DNA of 63,557 nucleotides, the filler included, from Welwitschia mirabilis (lineage: Eukaryota): NCBI GenBank assembly GCA_051453625.1. It is 6 parts of one record of this genome, joined end to end, with 100 filler letters (N's around TTAATTAATTAA, not from the genome) between each part and the next. Parts side by side here need not be neighbours in the genome. Positions count along the whole stretch, not along the records: positions 33,704 to 56,033 come from JBOZIK010000001.1; positions 56,134 to 60,181 come from JBOZIK010000001.1; positions 60,282 to 63,557 come from JBOZIK010000001.1; 3 more parts are not named here. The stretch is one strand, 5' to 3'. Shown here piece after piece: positions 52,401 to 63,557 of this stretch. The notes under the pieces are model-generated. The model searched no databases. It had not been told where the DNA came from and saw only the letters and a program-made list of their open reading frames with translations. The position numbers were made by a program, and so were the translations under genes. Each line of letters opens with the position of its first letter. Within the stretch, counting starts at the first letter, position 1.

Positions 52401-53184
52401 TGTCTTGGGGATACATAGAGTTTGATTTTTCTCTCTTCCGTGGTTAAGCTAAGCTCCCCTCTGTGCTTTTTCATTTCGCCACACTGTGTTTCCATTTCCA
52501 TTGTTCTACTTTTCTCTCTTGTTTCACATCCATCACATTTAATGTACTTTAGTCATTTTACAGGTTATTAGCATCACTTGTCAGCATGAACACAGAAAGG
52601 CATAAATATAAAAGATAGAAAAAAAGATCCTCAATGAAAAGCATCTCCCTCTAAATTGTGAAGCTTTCCAGTTGAACACATTCAAAAGGCCCAATGACGC
52701 ACTGTGCAGGAATCTAGTTCACGTTTTTCTCAAGGCTCCACTGCATAAATTAAGTCAAAAAATGAGAAATCATTTCAAATAGTTCAGTGTTCATTCAGTC
52801 TGAACATGCATGTCAGTGTAGTTGTTTCTATCAAGGAAGCAAGATCAAAGCATAACCTTCTCTCTCAAAGTATAACCTTCTGTATCATATTACTAAAGTG
52901 ACTTTTGTTAATATTTACATTTTAAATTTCAACAAGCATAATAGGGCGTTATCGTGTATAGACATTGAATATCCTATGAGCATTGAACTTTCCATCAACA
53001 CGGCAAAAAATATTTGTCAAGTTTAAAAAAAACCTGAAATTTTATTTTACTTAGTAATGTAAACCCTTCACAGTTTCTCATGACATAGGTACAACAAACT
53101 GCACTTAAATTGTTTTTTAGACACCACAGATTCAGTTCCATATCAAAGAGCCTCACTATCCAGACAATGATGCCTCATTGCCTC

Positions 53185-53229
53185 TCATCTTGAAGAACCA
53201 AAAACCTCAACGTAGCAAACAGGACATGC
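53185..53229 (-). CDS. Last exon of BIG BROTHER-like RING-H2 E3 ubiquitin ligase
   Basis: After a TTGCAG acceptor it encodes ACPVCYVEVFGSSR*, completing the RING with the final CxxC. Confidence 0.88.
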   Translation of the reverse strand, partial: ACPVCYVEVFGSSR

Positions 53230-53313
53230 CTGCAAATATTTAAAAAGAAAATATCAGAACCATCACCCTTAAATCAAGCTTTTTACATAATTGACACAAA
53301 CAATGGCACCAAC

Positions 53314-53422
53314 CTTGTTAATTTGCAGCCATCTTGAAATGCATGTCTGGTGGTAGCGATGCTTACATGGTAAAGTAATCAACCTCTCCCCTCGCCTGTA
53401 CTCCATGTGGCAAATAATACAA
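53314..53422 (-). CDS. Penultimate exon of BIG BROTHER-like RING-H2 E3 ubiquitin ligase; upstream exons not found
   Basis: AG acceptor at 53423-53424; encodes CIICHMEYRRGERLITLPCKHRYHQTCISRWLQINK; GT donor at 53313-53312; 84-nt intron. Resembles the BB/BBR RING (CVICQ..YK.GER...LPCKHVYH..C...WL.INK.CPVC..EVFG). Confidence 0.9.
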
Positions 53423-54149
53423 CTACAATACAAACACGGGATTTTCAAATGAAGACAGTCTCCTAGAAAGGGCAAAACGCAAAGTTGAAAATAGTAAAAT
53501 CTTGAATATCATGAAGGCATATTACCAAAAGAATACCATGCAGTCTAGTTCAATGGAAAGGATGTTATTCCAATCAACTTCTACAAGTTTGAAACAGGAT
53601 TCGCATTGCTGCTAAATTAAATTAAATATGCTAAACTGGAAACAAAAATATATACGTGTCTAACTAAAGAAAGAGACTTTTGACATGTTTAATGAGACTT
53701 TATTTGAACACCTGGGGAATGAAGCTGTAGACTATTTCCTAATTGATTTGTTCTAGTCTTCTGTTAAGTCCCATAATCATGTATGCTTATTGAGGTACAG
53801 CTACTTAACGGACTGAAAAAGAGGAAGTGGGGGGAAGGAGGGTAGATCTGAAGCACTTTTAGCTGAGAATGGATTGACTAAATCTAAATTATATGCATCT
53901 GATCTATTAATATAGACAGAAATCATGTGACTTGATGGCCAGCACCACTGATGTTTATGTCAGAGAGAGAAACCTGAGTGAGTGACACTGAGAGTGATGA
54001 ATGAACAAAAAGAAAACAACTCCTAGAAAAAGAAAAAATGCATTATGAGCAAAGAAACATTCTGGTTTATGAGCTAGCTAAAAACACAAATAAAACATAT
54101 AAAACCTTGATTCGAGTGTCAAGATAAAAAAATAAAACAGACAAAAGAT

Positions 54150-54509
54150 TGTTAGAAAAATGCAGCAGAGCAAAAACAAAATGCAAACATCAACACACCA
54201 GATTTATGTGGAAAACCCCAATATGGGAAAAAACCACGGAAGCAATGGAGAGCTCTCTATTAGAATGAAAAAGGGCAATGACACAAGCCGTCCTCAATAG
54301 CCAATCTGATAACTCTCGACTCCCACACACCTTATGGCATTCCATGCCTCTACTCTCCTTCTATAGATTTTCTTTTAGGGTCGAAACCCTAACCCTTACT
54401 TTTAGAACTTTCTAAATGACCCCATTAGACTTCCTTCTCCTTTTAATATTAAATTACAATAAGAAGGGGACTATATAATAATATATAAAGTCACACTACA
54501 AAGGAATAA
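54150..54509 (-). repeat. Copia-type LTR fragment running into a gap
   Basis: Starts TGTTAG; ATTTATGTGGAAAACCCC..GGGAAAAAACCACGG motif and a TATA-like CTATATA (~54471) are typical of reversed plant Copia LTRs. Confidence 0.55.
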
Positions 54510-54609
54510 NNNNNNNNNNNNNNNNNNNNNNNNNNNNNNNNNNNNNNNNNNNNNNNNNNNNNNNNNNNNNNNNNNNNNNNNNNNNNNNNNNNNNNNNNNN
54601 NNNNNNNNN

Positions 54610-54829
54610 GGCATAAATTCATTTGGAAGAAGCATAGTATTCTATTTAGTTTGGTGATTTATCTTAATTTCATTTAACAAAGATTAGTTTGACTTTTTTT
54701 AATGTTTGCGATCCGGAGCAATCCGTAATCCGCTCCAGAGCGATCCGTAATCCGCTCCGGACGATCGACGATCCGGGATCTCCTAAACCCAAAAACGATC
54801 CGCGATCCGCTCCGATCCGTGCAAGTATG
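54610..54829. mobile_element. Right end of a hAT-family MITE inserted in the RT of Copia copy 2
   Basis: GATCCG repeats ending GATCCGTGCAAGTATG (CATAC-type terminus, as at 34674), directly abutting RT sequence. Left end is lost in the gap. Confidence 0.7.
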
Positions 54830-57450
54830 GTTATAATTATACCATCAACGTATACAATATGCACTGTGATTTTACCATTGTCTCGTTTGATGAACCTAGT
54901 GTGATTTGCATTATTGCGTCTATACGTGTATGCTAACATAGCTTTGCTGAATCTGCCAAACCACGCTCTCGGGGACTGCTTAAGACCTTACAGATCTTTT
55001 CTCAACCTACAGACTTTGCCTTCTGTCATTTGACAAGAAAAGCCTAGAGGAATTTCCCTTTACACCTCTTCTTCTAGATCTCCATGAAGAACTGCGTTTT
55101 TCACATCTAGTTGTTGCAAGTTCCATTCCAGATTTGCTGCACAAGACAAGAGGACCTTGATAGAGTTCATTTTGGCCACTGGAGAAAATGTCTTTTGATA
55201 GTCAACTCCATAGGCCTGAGTGTAGCCTTTTGCAACCAATCGAGCCTTGAATCTTTCAATGCTCCCATCAACTTTGTGCTTTATAGTGAAAACCCATTTG
55301 TAGCCTGTAGTGTTCTTTCCCGCTGGAAGAGGAGTGAGTTCCCATGTGTTATTCTGATCCAGGACTTTCATCTCTTCAGGCATAGCTGCCTTCCACTTGG
55401 GATCAATGACTGCCTACTTCCAATCCTGAGGAACAGAGACAAAAGACAAGGAGGCTACAAATGTCTTATATGAGGAAGACTAAGATTCATAAGCTACAAA
55501 GTGAGATATAGGATGTTGGCTACAAGATCGAACACCCTTCCTAAGAGTAACAGGGAAATCAAGATCATTAATATCAGAAGGATGAGAATGGGAAATTGAG
55601 GTATTAGACTTACTAGTAGGAGACTCTAGCAGGACTGAATCGAAGAGTAACTCTTGATCAGGTGAAGTGTGCATGATGGTTTCATTCCTGCGTGAATAAA
55701 CCTTCAGCTTCAGCTTATCTTCCCTTCCTTTCTCATTTGCACTGATATTCTCCTCCTCATTTTTCTCCTTGCCTTGGATTTCATCCTGCAAATGTAGCTC
55801 TCCTTTCTCATGTGCATTTGACTATGTAGCTTCCTTCCCCTCGCTTCCATTCTGCATGTCTAGCCTAGAAATCCATAAAGAAGATCCAGTTAGTGTCATG
55901 TTTTCTTCACAAGTATTCTGTTTTTGAGGATATAACTTAGAGAAATAGGCCTCAGTCTCATGAAATGTTACATCCATACTGACAAACACTCGTTTGGTTG
56001 GAGGATGATAGCATTTGTACCCTTTCTGAGTGGNNNNNNNNNNNNNNNNNNNNNNNNNNNNNNNNNNNNNNNNNNNNTTAATTAATTAANNNNNNNNNNN
56101 NNNNNNNNNNNNNNNNNNNNNNNNNNNNNNNNNAGTTGGTACAGGTCTCTTTCCTTCTCGCCCCTGATAGGTTCGCCCATCTAAGTTCCAAAACTATCTT
56201 TTGTGTGTCTAGTTCGCCCACACATTTTAATTGATCCTTGTCCACAGTCCCTTGAGCTTGCCCCACCTTTGCCTCCTTTTGAAGAGGGTTGGCCACCATA
56301 GCAGATTTTTATGGTAAAACATGATGCAACATAGCAGTTGTTCTACTTTCCTCTTGTTGTATACAAGAATTTGCTTGTCTTACAAAAGGGAAGGGATCTT
56401 TGCCAAGGACTTGGATCCTTATTGGATCANNNNNNNNNNNNNNNNNNNNNNNNNNNNNNNNNNNNNNNNNNNNNNNNNNNNNNNNNNNNNNNNNNNNNNN
56501 NNNNNNNNNNNNNNNNNNNNNNNNNNNNNNNNNNNNNNNNNNNNNNNNNNNNNNNNNNNNNNNNNNNNNNNNNNNNNNNNNNNNNNNNNNNNNNNNNNNN
56601 NNNNNNNNNNNNNNNNNNNNNNNNNNNNTCTAAATCTGTGCATCATGTCCACCCTGTGAGTATGTTTGAACTGCAGCATTCCAAATTTTGCATGTAGAAT
56701 CTAACAGTAAGTAGCCTTGGGCAATTGCAGGCTGCATAGAATTAATAAGCCAGGACATTACTAGTGAGTCTTCAGACTCCCATTTGCCAACAGGTGGATC
56801 ATCTGTTGCAAGTCTCCTTTCTTCCCCCGTGATGTACCCATACAAACAGTGAGCTTTGATAAACAACAAACAAGAACGAGACCATGCCAAATAGTTGTTC
56901 CCATCTAGCTTTACTGGAGAACTCTGGAGAGAGAGGTTATCATTAACGAGGACTCCTGTCCTAATCCCTGGACTCTCACAAGTAAGGATTTCAGAAGTAA
57001 CTTCTGACATGTTTCAGGAACAACACTCAAAAAACTAAGCAAAACAACTCATACATTATATGGAAAACCTAACTCAGCATGATGAAAATATGTTGATAAC
57101 CAGGCATGCCACAGCTTGTTGATAACTAGAGATCTTCTAGCTTTAAGATTGAAGACAGTGGAATCAGCAATGAAAAAAAGAGAGAGTGAAAATTGTGGAA
57201 AAATATATCCATCATTTTCTCTGACTTTCACCTACATATTTATAGATAAAATACAGTTGTTAGCCAGTTAGAGGTGTCAACACCTGAATGCCACCTCAAT
57301 CAACAAGCTCTCAGTTCAGTACAGTTGTACTCCTACCGAACTAACAGTCTCTTAGTTCAGAAGAGGTGTTTGCTCCCATTCAAGATCCTAATCTTCTAAA
57401 CTGCAGGTGCAGGCGTGCAGCACATCTGTCAATGCTTACAGTTATCAACA
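54830..57450 (-). mobile_element. Ale-type Copia copy 2 (RT to 5' LTR; interior partly in gaps; PBS deleted)
   Basis: 54830-56033 aligns with 45560-46750, and 56134-57140 with 51070-52087. LTR ~57143-57450 ends TATCAACA, followed by GATAG. Confidence 0.9.
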
Positions 57451-60299
57451 GATAGTCTAGCGTTTTCACATGTTACACATCTAGGTGCAATCAGATCATA
57501 AATCTGAACTTGTAAGGTGAAGGTGAACAGTTGATGTATGGAAATGGTTAATGAGTTTATGAACTAGTGTGATTAGATTGTTGACTGATCTTGCAATTAA
57601 GTTGATAAGGTTTTTCAATTTTCAAATTCAAGTTTAGAAGAGTGATGTTACATGCAGCAGACAGTTAAGAGATATATAAGTTTGATTTGATTTGGTAAAT
57701 TCACAGGGCTTTTGCAATCAAGTTAAAATTTGATCTGATTTGACAATATTGGAAAACTAAGTGCGTTATTGACACAAAACACTCCTTGACAGTGGTGAAC
57801 TGATTGGTAAAAATTATCCAATAAAAATGGATCAGTTCAAGGCAAAATCAATTATCATATTGGTAGTAGATCCGATACTGATCAGATCAGCAGCACTGAA
57901 AGGTTCAGAGGAGTTTGTAAGTGAAAAGTGGTTGAAAGAGAGGTCAATTCTGATCTTAAAAACAACAAATAAATTCGAGAGAAAAGTAATGAAATGGTTA
58001 AGAAGATTTTAGATTGTGAGAGAGGTGAATTAGATCTAATTCAGTTAGATTTGAATATTCTGAATTAACGAAAGTAGAAATCATTAAAGGGTTCAAGTGG
58101 AGCCACTTCGATTTGAACTAAATTTCTTTGAGTGTGCGACCCTGGTGTATTTGTCTACTTCATTCTGTAATTCACATAGCCCATTGGTTCCTTATGAAAA
58201 ACCAAACTATATGAATAATATTAGAAAATTTAGAGGAAAAGATGGCGTGGTTCCACCTTTGTTTTAATAACTATCCCAATGTGATTCTGTAATCCCAACA
58301 CCTTTTACAACCATATGGGTTAATTAGCACAAAAAACATAACAAGGCGATAAAATAGAATTTGACTTCAAATTAAAACACACTCTAGGTCTGCAAATGTA
58401 ATGGATTCATTTGTCAATCTAAAACCTCAGTCCTGTATATTGGTAGTCATCAAAAATGAGCTTTTGGCCTAATCAAAAGTCATACAACTTTTCAATAGAC
58501 TTTCTAGAATGATACTATTTTAGAAATAAATTTCAGGGGGCAGAGCTATCATTAATGAAATCTAAGCTTGGAAAAGATCAAATTCTGATAAATGAAAACA
58601 CAGTATATGGGTGCAAATTCTTAGAATGACAAAGTAATGTACCTTATTAGGTCCACCTGTAACAGCAATCGTTAAGGGATTCTTCAAGGATGAAAAGGTA
58701 TACAGCAACATTTTGGACTGGTTAAGTATGTTAAAATATCATGAAATGGATTAACTTGAGGAAAGGAAAGGAATATTGGAACAGAAGAACATGATAGGGC
58801 AAGTGGAATTGTGGAAAAATAACCTTTTTGGTGAACACTTCTTATGGATGGAAGGCTTCATCCATAGGAGGAAGAGTAGGGGAATGCAATGGACAGCGTC
58901 CCCTATTAGATAAAAGTTGTGAAGAACCTAAAATAGTCGGAAGAACCCCAACAGAAATGCACAGTTGTGCTTCTAAGTCCTCACCATATCACAAATTAAG
59001 TGGATGTTATTGCACACGTTGTTAACTAGCTCTTGCGCTGACAAAAAGGGTTTTAGCCAAAGCCTTATAGATTGTAAGTATGATGTGATCTACCTATCCT
59101 TGATACCAATATGACCATGGATTACAGTTGATGATAGATGGATCAAGTTAGCTCTTTCCATGGTGTTGATGATTTCAGGTGGATCTCGAGGTGAAAGATA
59201 ATACACTACTTGTGTAGGATAGAGAATTGGAATGTTTTCTATTCCTGTCATGGTAAATTGAAATCTGTTTATATGAATCTTCCATTCCCAAAGTATGGGT
59301 TATGCCTTTACAAGTTGCAATGCCATTTCTAAACAACTCAGGCTTTGCAGAGGTCAAATGCTAATCCACACGGGAAGATGTAATACTAGGTTGTGGTGCA
59401 CCCATTTTGGATATGGTGTTGGCTACAAGTATTAGGGCCACTATGGGCTTCATGCCTAAGGGTTTCTATTAATCTATCTGAAGTATATGATATATCGAAT
59501 TATTATGCGTAGTGTAACAGGTAATTGGCTTTTAGTTAAAATATGAATGAAATATCTATGTCTAGAGTTCAACACATAGATAAGAAAGTTATAAGTTAAT
59601 AAGAGGTTAACTTATGGTTAGGTAGCATTTTAGTTGATGGTTATGGGATGTCAAGTGTAGCCTTCTTAGGTACATGACCTTGTGTTTTAAAGTACCTTTC
59701 ATTTAATAATATTTGGTATATTACACAGGTAATAGGGCCCAACTAAAGGAATATCAAACTCTTCGTCTGCAAGTTCCTACCTAAATCATTTCAGTGTCCT
59801 TGATATCTTGGTTAGCTTTCCTAGGTGCATGCCCCTACCTACCATTTCCTTATGAAGTTCTAAACTTCTAATCATGAAGGCACTTAATCAGAAAATTGTG
59901 CACCTTATTCTAATTTCTCAACTAACATAGCACAAGGTTGGATTGATTATTCCTTCTTTCACTAAGAAAAATGTCTTATGATTTAGCACTTCTTCAGGAA
60001 AATAAGCATCATATACATTTTCTAGGTGCTTAAAACTTATATGACTTGATGTTCATCATAATGGCCTAGAAGTTTAATCAAAAGTAACCCTGGACTCACC
60101 TGATTAAATACTAGCTTAGATATATAATACATATATATATCTAAAAGTTGGCCGAGATTTATCAAATTTTTTTGCCTTTCGNNNNNNNNNNNNNNNNNNN
60201 NNNNNNNNNNNNNNNNNNNNNNNNNTTAATTAATTAANNNNNNNNNNNNNNNNNNNNNNNNNNNNNNNNNNNNNNNNNNNNGGATAAATATCATCAAGG

Positions 60300-63200
60300 T
60301 CAATATTCTTATGAGTGGTGGAGGCCAATTCATTCAAATCAAATCTCAAATTGTAATGAACAACTACAAGATCATTAAGCCTTTTGGTTGTCAATCTATT
60401 ATGTTTCTTTGTGTGGATGTGCTCAAAGATGCTCCAATTACATTCGCAACCTACAAGGTAGTGAAGATGTTAATGATGATAATGAACAAAACTTGTGAGT
60501 ACTACTTATAATTAAAGAAGTATATAAGGTAGATTACCACACATTATTAAACCATGTTTTACTTGAGGCACTACAAGGCTGGGATACAATTCGGATGGCC
60601 ACATCTTTAAGTGCCTTTGTTTCCACTCCATAATTTGTACACCAATCTTCTATAATTAAGAGTAAAAGAAAGTGATATTTTAAGTGTGTTTTTCCCACAA
60701 AAGACTGAAGTTTATANNNNNNNNNNNNNNNNNNNNNNNNNNNNNNNNNNNNNNNNNNNNNNNNNNNNNNNNNNNNNNNNNNNNNNNNNNNNNNNNNNNN
60801 NNNNNNNNNNNNNNNNTTTCTTTGTGTGGATGTGCTCAAAGATGCTCTAATTACGTTTGCAACCTACAAGGTAGTGAAGATGTTAATGATGATAATGAAC
60901 AAAAGTACAAAACTTGTTAGTACTACTTACAATTAAATAAGGTAAATTACTACACATTAAACAGTGTTTTACCTCAGGCACCATAAGGATGGGATACAAT
61001 TCGGATGGCCACATCTTTAAGTGCCTTTGTTTCTACCCTATAATTTGTCCACCAATCCTCTATAATTCAAAGTAAAAGAAAGTGATATTTTAAGTGTGTT
61101 TTTCCCACAAAAGACTTAGAAGTTTATAATATTATTAATAACATAATTACATCAAATACTCATTAGTCAGTTACCTGGATTCACACAACTTTTTGCGTTT
61201 TCTGCAATAGGCCTTCTAAATGACAAACCTATTTTTTCCCTATACATATCCAAGTCTTTTGCCACTTGGACTCTCTCCACTGGGTTAGAAACCAATTTGT
61301 CAAGAACATTCTTGAGGCCAATTTTAAGTTGTACATCATCATCATTATCATCAAAGCTTTTCCCAAACCTATAACGTGGGTTAAGAATATGTGCCATTGC
61401 ATGTAAATCAGTAGGCAATTGGCCATCCCACCTATGAAAAACAAGAAGTAAATACCAAATTAACAACAATGATTCGAATTTTGACAATATGTATTTATAA
61501 TTTACAAAATCCAATAAATAATAAGAGATTAATACCTTTCATAGTATTTTGTGGAGATTATGGAGAATCTATCGACAAGGTTATGCGCTCTCAAGTAAGA
61601 ATGAATGGCCTCTCTAGCCTTAAACATTGTCTCATACACAAAAGCAATTGAAGGTCTTTCTCTATCAACCTTATGAAGGACCTTTACTAAAGGTTGAGAC
61701 ACCTTTACTAAAGGTTGAGACACCTACAAATTCAAACATGAAACTTCATTACTTCTTTGCAGAAAATTATGAAGTAGTAGGTGTTATTGACAAAGTGTAT
61801 GACAAATTGACAATTACAAGAAAGAAAGTTTGATTTACCTCTATGACATTCTTCACTTCAAAACAAAATTTCCCTCGTCTTTCAACACAATAAAATATAA
61901 TGGCCAGGCAATTGTGTGCCTTAGAAGTTCTACGAAGAGAGGCGAATCTATCTTCATGCTTCCAAGCATTACTAACAAAGGTCTTCAGCAAGGCATCCTT
62001 AGCATCCTGCAGGCTATCCAATAAAATGTAGTTCGTAGCAAATCTAGTGGTGGAAGGCCTTATTATCTCTTTTCCTTTAGAACATTCACAGAACAAATGA
62101 TGAATGTGAGGATGTATATATACAACTTTGGTTATATACTTTGCCCTTCTGATAACCTGGTGATCAACAAAGTCCAATAATTAATACAACATTATATTAA
62201 ATTATCAAAAACTTGAGTACAAAAGATGAAAGCCCATACAGTTCTGAATAATGCACTTAGATTACCTTTTTGATCTATAGAATTTTACTAAGTCTTCAAG
62301 AAGGAGGTCAATACAATGAGCAGCACAAGTTGTGCAGTAAATTTGAGGAAAGTGTGACATTATTAATCTACCAACTACTTTATATGCAAAGTCATTATCA
62401 GTGACAACCTAAAGAAACATAAAATAAACAGAGGTATTAATCCAAGTTGCATAATTAAATGTAAACTTAGGCAGTCAAGTATTAATAAGCAATGTAAACT
62501 CATAAGCTTACTTGCAAAACCTTGTGCTCGCCAACCTCCATTATTACCTTCTTTAACTCTTCAAATATAAACTTAGCATTTTTTACATTGCTAGATGCAT
62601 TAATGGACTTTAGGAACATCGTTCCCGAAGTTGAAGATGCCATGAAATTAATTATAGATCTATCCCTCTCATCCACCCACCCATCATAGAATATGCTGCA
62701 TCCATGCTTATCCCACAATTTCTTGTGGGAATCTATCATACCCTCAATATCATGCTTCACATCTTGAAGCAGAGATGTCCTTGTGTCTATTTACATGGGA
62801 GCCACAAAATTGCCAAGCCTACATTCTGCAATGGCATCAAAAACTCTTTGAAACATGGCAGTAGCAAATGAATGCAATGGTAATCCCTAAGAGTACCAAA
62901 ATTGGGCAATTATCTTGTGTGCCCTCTGATTAGCTACTTCTTTTACACGCAAGCTTGTCTCTATGGTGTGCTATGTGCCTGGCTCATGATGAGGAGGAAA
63001 CAAGTTTACAAGACACTCAAACGTCCACAAGGAGGCCGTTGACTATGGCTTCTTGAAGCCATTTATTATTGCACATAAAGGATCTTTCTACATAGGAGGA
63101 GAAGAGCTAGGAATAGATCTACCAACAAGAGGGGATGGGGGGAAATGGCTATCTATACTACGTTTGGCTTGTGTTTTAGAAACGAAATGGTCAAATCCTT

Positions 63201-63336
63201 CCACAATTCTCTTTCTGGCTCATGGCATTTCAATCCTATGTTCTTCAATACATCTTGTGCCTGCCCTTTCCATTTGTCTTTCTGCCAACTGATTAACAAG
63301 ATTTAAGTTTTCTTGCTTTCTTGTCTTCTTTTTAAC
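60300..63336 (-). pseudogene. Intron-containing hAT transposase (DUF659 + hATC dimerisation type), disrupted
   Basis: WDKHGCSIFYDGWVDERDRSIINF, VLQ|VVTDN (GT-AG intron 62409-62511), CAAHCIDLLLED, STTRFATNY, LHAMAHILNPR, WWTNY..ETKALKDVAIRIVS. In-frame stops present (e.g. ~62888). Confidence 0.88.
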
Positions 63337-63557
63337 CACTGTTGTAAGACTCGCGGCAAGTTTGGCGAGTCCGCGAGTTCGCGGCAAGTTTGGCGAGTCC
63401 GCGAGTTCGTGGCTCGCCTCGAGTCTGCATTCCGAAACTTGCAGAGATGAGTTCCGCAGTTGCAGACTTGCCAGACTCGCGTGCGCAAGAAAAAAGAGCG
63501 CCAACTTTTTTTTTTGGTTGCAAAAACGGACCCACAACCTTAATCAAGCAAAAACCA
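63337..63557. mobile_element. Left part of a hAT-like MITE inserted in the transposase
   Basis: Abrupt switch to CpG-rich CACTGTTGTAAGACTCG followed by GGCGAGTCCGCGAGTTCG repeats. Other end lies outside the window. Confidence 0.65.

Noticed and set aside
43883-59210. Candidate LST8 exon 2 after acceptor-like sites at ~43883, ~52564 and ~59179
   Set aside because: Translations (VLFIKGETVM.., VISITCQHEH.., VDLEVKDNTL..) do not match the conserved VNRLEITPDK segment.
60400-61130. Duplicated hATC-domain segment flanking the 60717-60816 gap
   Set aside because: Copies straddle an unsized gap, so they could be haplotypes or another TE copy rather than a real domain duplication.

Overview
AT-rich plant nuclear DNA from a draft scaffold, mostly nested and decayed transposons; I see no prokaryotic features. 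There are many N-gaps, and five are 100-bp contig joins with an artificial TTAATTAATTAA spacer. Left to right: two related minus-strand Athila-type Gypsy elements (a gag-protease-only derivative and a copy with pol); the 3' half of a SIRE-type Copia; a CpG-richer non-TE island; a decayed Copia split by a SIRE LTR; a gag-only LTR element with a ~51-bp tandem array; and a full-length SIRE (33221-41872, TSD CTAGT) carrying a hAT MITE and a plastid-type trnD-GUC fragment. Next come the first coding exon of an LST8 homologue (43515-43622, +) and a 13-kb Ale-type Copia compound bounded by one GATAG duplication (44337-57450). That compound holds a non-coding 264-bp-LTR element and the last two exons of a BIG BROTHER-like RING-H2 gene (-). 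The window ends with a pseudogenised, intron-containing hAT transposase. The best leads are the GATAG-bracketed block with host exons, the orphan divergent LST8 exon, the trnD insertion and the cargo-carrying LTR element. All family assignments come from motif recognition by eye, not database searches.
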